DNA from: Caecitellus pseudoparvulus
Taxonomy: Eukaryota; Protista; Bigyra: Bicosoecida
Assembly: GCA_965644315.1 (NCBI GenBank)
Contig: CBFFRQ010000176.1
Location: 1-31,060, forward strand
Length of the DNA: 31,060 bases
Direction: 5' to 3'
Shown here: one piece after another, positions 1-8,646 of the stretch
How positions within the stretch are numbered: the stretch's first letter is position 1
How the letters are laid out: every line of letters begins with the position of its first letter
Notes under the pieces: model-generated
Database searches by the model: none
What the model saw: the letters and a program-made list of their open reading frames with translations, nothing else
What the model was told of the DNA's origin: nothing
Program-made: the position numbers and the translations under genes

Positions 1-1727
1 TAACCCTAACCCTAACCCTAACCCTAACCCTAACCCTAACCCTAACCCTAACCCTAACCCTAACCCTAACCCTAACCCTAACCCTAACCCTAACCCTAAC
101 CCTAACCCTAACCCTAACCCTAACCCTAACCCTAACCCTAACCCTAACCCTAACCCTAACCCTAACCCTAACCCTAACCCTAACCCTAACCCTAACCCTA
201 ACCCTAACCCTAACCCTAACCCTAACCCTAACCCTAACCCTAACCCTAACCCTAACCCTAACCCTAACCCTAACCCTAACCCTAACCCTAACCCTAACCC
301 TAACCCTAACCCTAACCCTAACCCTAACCCTAACCCTAACCCTAACCCTAACCCTAACCCTAACCCTAACCCTAACCCTAACCCTAACCCTAACCCTAAC
401 CCTAACCCTAACCCTAACCCTAACCCTAACCCTAACCCTAACCCTAACCCTAACCCTAACCCTAACCCTAACCCTAACCCTAACCCTAACCCTAACCCTA
501 ACCCTAACCCTAACCCTAACCCTAACCCTAACCCTAACCCTAACCCTAACCCTAACCCTAACCCTAACCCTAACCCTAACCCTAACCCTAACCCTAACCC
601 TAACCCTAACCCTAACCCTAACCCTAACCCTAACCCTAACCCTAACCCTAACCCTAACCCTAACCCTAACCCTAACCCTAACCCTAACCCTAACCCTAAC
701 CCTAACCCTAACCCTAACCCTAACCCTAACCCTAACCCTAACCCTAACCCTAACCCTAACCCTAACCCTAACCCTAACCCTAACCCTAACCCTAACCCTA
801 ACCCTAACCCTAACCCTAACCCTAACCCTAACCCTAACCCTAACCCTAACCCTAACCCTAACCCTAACCCTAACCCTAACCCTAACCCTAACCCTAACCC
901 TAACCCTAACCCTAACCCTAACCCTAACCCTAACCCTAACCCTAACCCTAACCCTAACCCTAACCCTAACCCTAACCCTAACCCTAACCCTAACCCTAAC
1001 CCTAACCCTAACCCTAACCCTAACCCTAACCCTAACCCTAACCCTAACCCTAACCCTAACCCTAACCCTAACCCTAACCCTAACCCTAACCCTAACCCTA
1101 ACCCTAACCCTAACCCTAACCCTAACCCTAACCCTAACCCTAACCCTAACCCTAACCCTAACCCTAACCCTAACCCTAACCCTAACCCTAACCCTAACCC
1201 TAACCCTAACCCTAACCCTAACCCTAACCCTAACCCTAACCCTAACCCTAACCCTAACCCTAACCCTAACCCTAACCCTAACCCTAACCCTAACCCTAAC
1301 CCTAACCCTAACCCTAACCCTAACCCTAACCCTAACCCTAACCCTAACCCTAACCCTAACCCTAACCCTAACCCTAACCCTAACCCTAACCCTAACCCTA
1401 ACCCTAACCCTAACCCTAACCCTAACCCTAACCCTAACCCTAACCCTAACCCTAACCCTAACCCTAACCCTAACCCTAACCCTAACCCTAACCCTAACCC
1501 TAACCCTAACCCTAACCCTAACCCTAACCCTAACCCTAACCCTAACCCTAACCCTAACCCTAACCCTAACCCTAACCCTAACCCTAACCCTAACCCTAAC
1601 CCTAACCCTAACCCTAACCCTAACCCTAACCCTAACCCTAACCCTAACCCTAACCCTAACCCTAACCCTAACCCTAACCCTAACCCTAACCCTAACCCTA
1701 ACCCTAACCCTAACCCTAACCCTAACC
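1..1727. repeat. Telomere, (CCCTAA)n / TTAGGG-type, ~287 units
   Basis: Uninterrupted hexamer array from base 1 to ...cctaacc at 1727, then unique sequence. The C-rich strand at the 5' end is the expected orientation for a chromosome end. Confidence 0.99.
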
Positions 1728-1997
1728 AAAGCTGCTTCACCACCCCAGCCCGTCTCCATCCTGCACACCTGCTCACGCTCCCCGCCAGACCGCGCAAGCG
1801 GTACACTCGAGCCACAGCAAGCAGCTCTGGAAACTCAGCAGTCTCAGTACGCCCACCCTGAGCTCATCCACCCACAATGCGCCCAGCTGTCACCTGTGTT
1901 CAAGGTGCATTGCCTTCACACAGCTCACCAAGTGCACAAGGTCAGCCGACCCGCGCACGAGCTTCGCACCGTAGCCGCTGAGCAAACTCGACACACC

Positions 1998-4802
1998 TCA
2001 GTCTTTGGGCTGCAGGTTCTTAATGGCGTCAGTGATGCGCTGCTTGAGCGCAGTGGCCTTTTCCCTGAGCTGCTTCGCCACTTGAGAGGGGTCTGTTCCT
2101 GCCGCCAGGCCGAGGCCTCCGGCCAGGGGCATGGCGGAGTTGACCACTGCGCCAAAGGTGCTGCCGCCCGACATGGCCTGCACGCCCAGCAGGATGAAGA
2201 CGAGCATGATGACGAGCAAGACCACAAGCACCATGAGGCTGTACAGCAAGACGTCCCACGAGAGGCCCATGGCTGAGAGGGCTGCTTCGGTGATTTCCCG
2301 CAGCAGGATGTGGATGCCAGCCTTGAACTCCTGGCGGTCCAGCACATTGTCCGACTCGATGACGTCCAGAGACGCGAAGATGCGCTTGGCCCGCTCGTTG
2401 GTCAGGGGCAGCGACGCATTGGCAGTGAAGTCCACGAACTCGTCGAAGGAGATGCCGCCGCCGTCCGTGTCAAAGGCGTCGTACAGCAGGTCGATGGCTT
2501 GGTCGGACAGGCGCCCGTTGACGAGGGGCAGGGAGGCGAACTTGTTGGCGAGCTTGGTCTTGGCGCCCGCCACGACGCTGTCCATGGCCGCCTTGGCCTT
2601 GTCCTTCGCAGCGTCCAGGGCCACCTTGGCCGCTGCAGTTGCCGCGGCAGTGGCGGCAGAGGCAGCTGCGCCAGGCGATGACGTGTCGACTCCAGCCCGC
2701 TGCAGCTGCTCCATGAGGCCCGTGATGGTGTTGATGATGGTCTCCAGGCGGTCCTTGTTGAAGCCACCGAACTGCAGGGCCAGCTTGCGCACGCCGGAGA
2801 TGTCTCTGCGCGACAGGGACAGGATGGCGTCCACGATGGCCAGGGCGCCGTGCTGCTCCACCGGCACCACGCTCTCCAGCAGCTGCATGATATGCTCTTG
2901 CCGCTTCCCCAACTCCTCCGCCACCGCTTTGCTCACTGCCAGCGCCTTCTTGGCAGAGCTGCCGCTGGTGGAGCCCGCTGCGGACACGGCCGCTGCAGCC
3001 GCCGCGCCACTCTGCCCTGCCGTCTGTGCTCGGGACGCGACAGAGGCAGCTGAGCCAATGAAGGACTCAGCCTGTGACGCAGCGGCATTGGAGACGTCTT
3101 CCAGGGCACGCAGGCGGGCCTGCATGAGCGCTATGAAGTGCTGGATGACGCCGAGGGCAGCCACAAGTTTGGGCTCGTTCTGCACCAGCGCCTGCAAGAA
3201 GACGGGGATGGTGGTGAGGAGCTCACCAGGGTTGCCGCGCAGGAGGATGCCGCCCAGCGTGACGGCCAGGAACTTGGGGTCGCGCAGGCGCTTGGCGAAG
3301 ATCTCGTCGCCACTGCCCTGCGACAGGAAGTCCGTCACCATGCCCAGGGATGAGAGGGCGCCTTGTGCCTGGGAAATGCCGCCTGAAATGGCCCCTGCCG
3401 CACTGCCCACAGCTCCCAGAGCAGAGTCCCGCGCACCCATGATGTCTGCACTGAGCAGGGAGGACAAGTTGGCGCCGCCCACCATGCTGCTGGCGGCGTC
3501 CTGCGCCTGGCCTGCCGCTGCACTAGCAGACGCACTCAGCGCAGCCAGAGGCGCTGCGACAGACGTCGCAATGCCATGTGAGACTTGTGACGCTGCGAAC
3601 TTGACCACCGCCATGGAAGCCTGTGCAGCCTGCGACATCTGCCCCTTGCGGGACCGGGCCGCCTTGCCTGACTTGTCGCGCTGCAGGACCGCCTGCACCT
3701 TGTCCACTGGCCGCAGCAGGCCCATGGCAGACTCGATGGAGGATAGAGACACGCTCTGCAGCAGCTTCACCTCCTCGAAGCTGGTCAGTCCAGGGGGCAG
3801 CTCTTGGCCTCCGTGGGACAGCTCCCTGACGCGCTGCACGATGGCCTCGGCGGCCGGCTTGGGCAGGCGTCGCAACAGGACGCGGATGAGGGAGTTCCGG
3901 ATGCTTTCGTTGTGCAGCAGGGTGAGCTGCACTGTGTTTTGTGTCAACATGCCGCGGGGAATGCCAAGGATGCGGCAGAGGCCCGTCGCGACGTCGCCTT
4001 GCATGAGGGAGAAGAAGCCGATGAGGACACGGTCCACCTCTGGCAGGACAAAGGCCGGGTTGGCGCCCCACACAGCCCGGGACAGCAAGCGCACAGAAGC
4101 GCCCTTCACGCCAAAGTACTTCTCCATCGTGCGGTTGGACATGCCCCGCAGAGACTGCAGCGGGTGCAAGCCCACCCCTACACTCCACCGCTGTGCCGCC
4201 TGCAGCACAGGCAGCACTTGGTCCAGCAACCAAGGCCGGCGGGTGGTCTCTTCGTCCCCACGGTCGCCAGAGGATGCCGCCACAGCTGCAAGGGCTGGCC
4301 CGGCAGCCCGTGCGACAGGAAGAATACGCAGCAATTCCTCAGCAGGCGGCAGACGCCCTGTCACGAACTTCAGGATGGTGCTGAGCACGCGGGCCGTGGC
4401 ACGCACAGGCTTGGCCTCGCCGCCGACGTCGTCGTCCTCCTCCCTGCAGAAGGGGATGTTGCTGAAGCGCGCAGACTCCACGCGCGTGAGCAGCTTTAGA
4501 GCCCTGTCCAGGTCAATGCAGGCGCTGTCCCGCGTCAAGTCCAGTCCCGCCTCGGCGGAAGCACGTGCAAGGTCGTCGCGGACAGCCAGAGACTTAACGG
4601 CTACCGCGGCATCGTGGGAGGACAGCGTGCGCATTTCATCTCCGTCGATCATCAGCTGCACCGTCGCGGAGCTGCTGCACGCATCGCCCACCAGGCGGTG
4701 GAACTGGTTCGTGTGTTCCTCCTGTTTCTTGGCGAACTTGTCGCTCATCTCCGCCTCAACGAACTCGTCCAGGCGGTCTCGCTGCAAGTACAGGTCAGAC
4801 AC
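1998..4802 (-). CDS. Helical/Ala-rich protein with paired EF-hands and a C-terminal transmembrane region; probably the 3' half of the 4745-8074 gene
   Basis: 934-codon ORF with strong GC3 bias. EF-hand-like loops AFDTDGGGISFDEF and SLDVIESDNVLDRQEF. Hydrophobic segment VLLYSLMVLVVLLVIMLVFILLGV followed by FGAVVNSAMPLAGGLGL. The annotated start is GTG, and the frame stays open up to ~4883, overlapping the upstream ORF. Confidence 0.8.
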   Translation of the reverse strand: MSDLYLQRDRLDEFVEAEMSDKFAKKQEEHTNQFHRLVGDACSSSATVQLMIDGDEMRTLSSHDAAVAVKSLAVRDDLARASAEAGLDLTRDSACIDLDRALKLLTRVESARFSNIPFCREEDDDVGGEAKPVRATARVLSTILKFVTGRLPPAEELLRILPVARAAGPALAAVAASSGDRGDEETTRRPWLLDQVLPVLQAAQRWSVGVGLHPLQSLRGMSNRTMEKYFGVKGASVRLLSRAVWGANPAFVLPEVDRVLIGFFSLMQGDVATGLCRILGIPRGMLTQNTVQLTLLHNESIRNSLIRVLLRRLPKPAAEAIVQRVRELSHGGQELPPGLTSFEEVKLLQSVSLSSIESAMGLLRPVDKVQAVLQRDKSGKAARSRKGQMSQAAQASMAVVKFAASQVSHGIATSVAAPLAALSASASAAAGQAQDAASSMVGGANLSSLLSADIMGARDSALGAVGSAAGAISGGISQAQGALSSLGMVTDFLSQGSGDEIFAKRLRDPKFLAVTLGGILLRGNPGELLTTIPVFLQALVQNEPKLVAALGVIQHFIALMQARLRALEDVSNAAASQAESFIGSAASVASRAQTAGQSGAAAAAAVSAAGSTSGSSAKKALAVSKAVAEELGKRQEHIMQLLESVVPVEQHGALAIVDAILSLSRRDISGVRKLALQFGGFNKDRLETIINTITGLMEQLQRAGVDTSSPGAAASAATAAATAAAKVALDAAKDKAKAAMDSVVAGAKTKLANKFASLPLVNGRLSDQAIDLLYDAFDTDGGGISFDEFVDFTANASLPLTNERAKRIFASLDVIESDNVLDRQEFKAGIHILLREITEAALSAMGLSWDVLLYSLMVLVVLLVIMLVFILLGVQAMSGGSTFGAVVNSAMPLAGGLGLAAGTDPSQVAKQLREKATALKQRITDAIKNLQPKD

Positions 4803-7800
4803 AACGCCATCTGCATGCGCATGGCATCGTGCACGGGCAGGTTGGCGCCGTTCACTGCCTCCACCATGTCCAGGCGCAGCTCCTCAGCCACGGCCTGGGA
4901 TGTGAGCAACTCCCCGATCGGGCGGTACCCTGCCATGGCCCGCGCATTCATGTGCTTCATCTGGGCGCGGTGTACGTGGAAGCGGCAGTGGAACTTGCCC
5001 CGCATGATGCTGATGGAAAAGGCGGGGTAGATGGGTATGCCTTGCAGGTCCAGGTTCTTGAAGGCGACGCCCATGGGCCCGTCGAAGTTCCCATTTAGAC
5101 CGAAGGTCATGGTGCACTTGTTGTAGTCCACAGCGCAGCTGATGATGCCACCGTTCTCCCACTCACTGCCAAAGGAGCCGTCATCCCCGCCATTCCACTT
5201 CTTCCGGCGCTGGCCGTCCCACGCCCACGAGTTGGGGTCGTCGCCAACGCCATTGTTGCGCTTGGTCGTGAAGGCGTTGTTCACCCAGCCCACCTGCAAG
5301 TACCGGTCTCGCCCAGAGAACATCTGCAGCTCGTAGTAGTACTTGCCTGACGTCACCGCTGCGCCTGGGATGGCCACTGTGGGGAACGTGGACGCTTTGC
5401 TGGTGTTCAGCGACAGCCGCACACGGCCACTGCTGTCCCCCATGAACAGCCCATCGATGCCGAGGATCTGGTACTTCCGCCTGCCAGAAACCATGGGCAG
5501 GGGGCGCGTTGGCCCGCCAGCGTTGAACTCGGGTGCGTACTTGCTCTGCAGCACCTTGCGGCTCTCGCTGCCCGCGTACCGCAGCGCGTCATCGCTGTCG
5601 TCCATGACTGCAAAGTCAAAGTAGTCCTCCGCCTCTGCCACCTGGTCGCCGCCCTTGGGCGACATGGCTGAGCCACGTCGGGGGCGCCCCTTGGAGTCCG
5701 GTGAGCCGAAGCCCTTTTTCTTGCTCTGCCCTGTCAGCAGACGCATGGTGCTCATCTTCAGCATGGCGTCCTCCTTGTGTTCACCCAGATCCTCATCATC
5801 CTCACCAGGGTTGCCACTGGAGGAGAGGCGGCCGGGGGAGCCGCCCTGGGCGGGTTTGGCTTGTTCACTGCCAGGTTTCTGCTTCTCTTCCGCTTCAAAT
5901 CCACCTGGGCTGTCTGCTCGACCCGACGCAGGGGTTGGCAAAGGGGGCGGCGCCTTGGACTCGCCAGCGCCGTACTGCGGTACAGACGATGATGACTCGT
6001 GCAGGCCACTCGCACCTGATCCCGTCAGCGTTGCAGAATGCTCCGCATGGGCCTCCACCGCCGAGGGCCGATGCCCGGCGCCCACTCCGCTCAAGTCCAC
6101 CTTGGACACCTGTGTGGAGGGATCCTCCGCGTGGCTTGCTTCGGACAAGCAGATGAAGTTGTTGTCCATGTCCAGAGTCATCAGCTTGATCTTGCGGTCG
6201 GCGCCGGTGGTGATGAAGAGGAAGTCAATGGCAGCGGACTCCCTGTCCACCCGCAGAGTTGGCATGGAGTAGCTGATCCACGGCTCCATCTTGTGCCGGA
6301 AGTCCTTGCTCATGGGCACGATCTGCGTGATGCTGCCCTCGTGTTGGGGTGCCATCTCAGCCACCACCCTCCAGTCCATCCACAATGACTCTGTGACGTG
6401 TGCAGAGCGAGGCGCGCCGAGTACGGCCAGCAGCCGCCCATGTGACGTGCCAACCAGGATGATGTCGTTGGGGGTGGGCATGCTGGGCCGCGGCGCATCC
6501 ACCACAATGGCCTCCTCCTCCTCGCTCATGGACGCTTGCTTCTCAGTGGCAGCAGCCACGTAGTCCAGCCACACCTGCCGCTGAATCTTGCCGTCATCGT
6601 CGGTGGCCTCCCACTTCACCGCCAGGGGGTTCGCGATGGACGAGACCTGCGTAATTCGCTCCCCTGTAGACAGCTCGATGACGTCGGCGGCAAAGTGGTT
6701 CAGAGCACGCGCTTGCTCCATGACATTGCTGAAGTAGATGCCACCAGTGCTCGTCACCGTCGCAAACCACGACAGAGCTCCCCAAGCCTTCTGGTTGGCA
6801 GGAACGTGGTCAATGAGGGGCAGCTGGCTCTTGTACTTCAACTGCAGCCCCGTGACTGGCGCTGTGGCAAACTCGCGGGAGGCGTCTGTGTCTGGCTCCA
6901 GTTTGTTCCGCACCTCTCGTGTGGCCCCGACAAAGGCAGATGGGAAGGCGAAGAAGTACGACACGATGCCGACGGGGATGCTGTCATCGGGAATGAGGCC
7001 GTGCAGCAGCAGGCGTGCCTGCCGCTCCTTCTCAAGCTTCGCCTCGTCCTCGTCTTCCAACTGCCCATACCCGTTGCCGCAGTGGAATACATAGATCTCC
7101 CGCCCAGCAGTGAGCAGGTACTTCGTATCGTAGTCGCCGGTGTCTGGATCCATGAGGGGCCAGTTTGCTGTGAAGTTGTTCAGGCGCCCTGGCAGCAGCT
7201 TTGCAGTTATAAACTTGGCCGACTTCAGCCACTCCGTCGTGGCGCCCAGCGGCTCGGCATCCAGCTGAGTCAGTCGCCACGGCAGGATGGACTTCGATGC
7301 AGTCTGCACGAAGAGGGCTGGCTCTTCCTCCGTGGGGTACCGCTTGGTGCTTTGGACGAGCGTTCGAGCATCCATGAAGCACTTGCTGTCTTCGCCCGTC
7401 AACTGAATGTCCAGCTTCTCCAGCCTGACGGGAATGGGCTCGTACCCTTCGCCAGGCGGCACGCTCATCTCGCCCAAGAATCCGGGCAGGTCGCTCTCGC
7501 CTGAGTCAGCAACATCCGCGGCCGAATCGTGCACTTTCACAGGGGCGAAATCGCCCTCCACACGGTCGTTGGAGATGCCCCACACGCAGACACCGACCTT
7601 GTCAATGCCCATCAGAGCCACTGACCGCGCCTCATACGTCTCCCGCTCAGCGCGGCACAGGGACTTGACTGCTTCGTCCTCTGTCTGCACGCCATGGCCC
7701 AGCTCTTGGATGTACTGCAGGTCGGCACTCACCTGCCACACGCGTACAGAGCCTCGGGAGTCGCCTGTCACGAGACGCAAGCAGGCGTGCCCCTCAGCCG

Positions 7801-8074
7801 AAGACGGGTTCTGAACGAAGGCAGCGGCGGCGATGCCTTCCAGAGTAGCCACTGACGACGTCGGGTGTGGCACGATGAGATGTGGCACAATGCTGCCGCC
7901 GCAGTGCTCATCGTCAGCCCTTGGTGTTGCAATGCCGTGAATGCCGAACATAGCCGTGTTAAAGTCGATGGCTTCCGACAGGGCCCGCAAGCGTTCAGGC
8001 ACCCCCACTTCTTCCACAGGCACATGCTTGAAACCCTTACACCAACACCTCTGGAGCAGCACTTGCTCGTCCAT
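4745..8074 (-). CDS. WD40-like repeat + SPRY (B30.2) domain protein; probably the 5' half of a ~2,000-aa protein
   Basis: ATG in ccgccATGG context. WD-like motifs LVTGDSRGSVRVWQV and HEGSITQI...FITTGADRKIKL. Typical SPRY domain at ~5010-5390 (SGKYYYE...LQVGW...GVGDDPNSWAWDG...W...GGIISCAVD...FGLNG...GVAF...IYPAFSI). Confidence 0.85.
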   Translation of the reverse strand: MDEQVLLQRCWCKGFKHVPVEEVGVPERLRALSEAIDFNTAMFGIHGIATPRADDEHCGGSIVPHLIVPHPTSSVATLEGIAAAAFVQNPSSAEGHACLRLVTGDSRGSVRVWQVSADLQYIQELGHGVQTEDEAVKSLCRAERETYEARSVALMGIDKVGVCVWGISNDRVEGDFAPVKVHDSAADVADSGESDLPGFLGEMSVPPGEGYEPIPVRLEKLDIQLTGEDSKCFMDARTLVQSTKRYPTEEEPALFVQTASKSILPWRLTQLDAEPLGATTEWLKSAKFITAKLLPGRLNNFTANWPLMDPDTGDYDTKYLLTAGREIYVFHCGNGYGQLEDEDEAKLEKERQARLLLHGLIPDDSIPVGIVSYFFAFPSAFVGATREVRNKLEPDTDASREFATAPVTGLQLKYKSQLPLIDHVPANQKAWGALSWFATVTSTGGIYFSNVMEQARALNHFAADVIELSTGERITQVSSIANPLAVKWEATDDDGKIQRQVWLDYVAAATEKQASMSEEEEAIVVDAPRPSMPTPNDIILVGTSHGRLLAVLGAPRSAHVTESLWMDWRVVAEMAPQHEGSITQIVPMSKDFRHKMEPWISYSMPTLRVDRESAAIDFLFITTGADRKIKLMTLDMDNNFICLSEASHAEDPSTQVSKVDLSGVGAGHRPSAVEAHAEHSATLTGSGASGLHESSSSVPQYGAGESKAPPPLPTPASGRADSPGGFEAEEKQKPGSEQAKPAQGGSPGRLSSSGNPGEDDEDLGEHKEDAMLKMSTMRLLTGQSKKKGFGSPDSKGRPRRGSAMSPKGGDQVAEAEDYFDFAVMDDSDDALRYAGSESRKVLQSKYAPEFNAGGPTRPLPMVSGRRKYQILGIDGLFMGDSSGRVRLSLNTSKASTFPTVAIPGAAVTSGKYYYELQMFSGRDRYLQVGWVNNAFTTKRNNGVGDDPNSWAWDGQRRKKWNGGDDGSFGSEWENGGIISCAVDYNKCTMTFGLNGNFDGPMGVAFKNLDLQGIPIYPAFSISIMRGKFHCRFHVHRAQMKHMNARAMAGYRPIGELLTSQAVAEELRLDMVEAVNGANLPVHDAMRMQMALCLTCTCSETAWTSSLRRR

Positions 8075-8299
8075 GGCGGAAATAAAGGCAAAAGACAGAT
8101 CCTATACTAGTTTACTTTCTGCTACGGGCATGTAGTGGTGAGAATCTGCTCCCCGCCAGCACATTGACCAACAAGGCGCCAGTGCTACTCCGGCAAGCCA
8201 TTTCAACAGCAACCGCGTACTTTCCCCGCAGCAGCGACACCAAGGAGGACTTCCAACTTTCACGCCTCGCACCGAGCAATTTATCTACAACATACACCT

Positions 8300-8565
8300 T
8301 CCAGCTTCAGCAGCCACCCCCACCTTGCGTCAGCTTCTCCAGAATCGGCTGTGCAAGCCTCGGCAAACACAACCGATTTCCGCTCCACAGCTGATATCTT
8401 TGCTCTGCCCCCTGATGACCTTCCAGTTAGTCGTGGCAGAAAGGCAAGCCGAATGGCGATTAAAATGTTGTATTGGTTCAAATTGAGCGATCTGATTTTC
8501 CATTCTAGCCTCTCGCTGCCGAGCTTCCACGCTTTGCGGAGTTGCCCAGCCTGTTGTGGTTCAGA
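8300..8565. repeat. Diverged dispersed repeat, copy A (similar to ~19880-20145)
   Basis: Shared core cacaaccgatttccgc plus collinear matches (ttctccagaa, ctgtgc, gccccc, gtgg, ctagcctc, agcttcc), aligned by eye. Boundaries are approximate. Confidence 0.6.
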
Positions 8566-8646
8566 AATCTATCCGTGCAGAGAATGCGTAAATGTATGTT
8601 CCCACCAAAACCAACCCAAGGTGGGGAGGCTTCTTGCTTGAATTTG

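Noticed and set aside
2131-4905. 924-aa plus-strand ORF
   Set aside because: Antisense shadow of the GC3-rich minus-strand gene; Ser/Arg/Ala-rich with no motifs.
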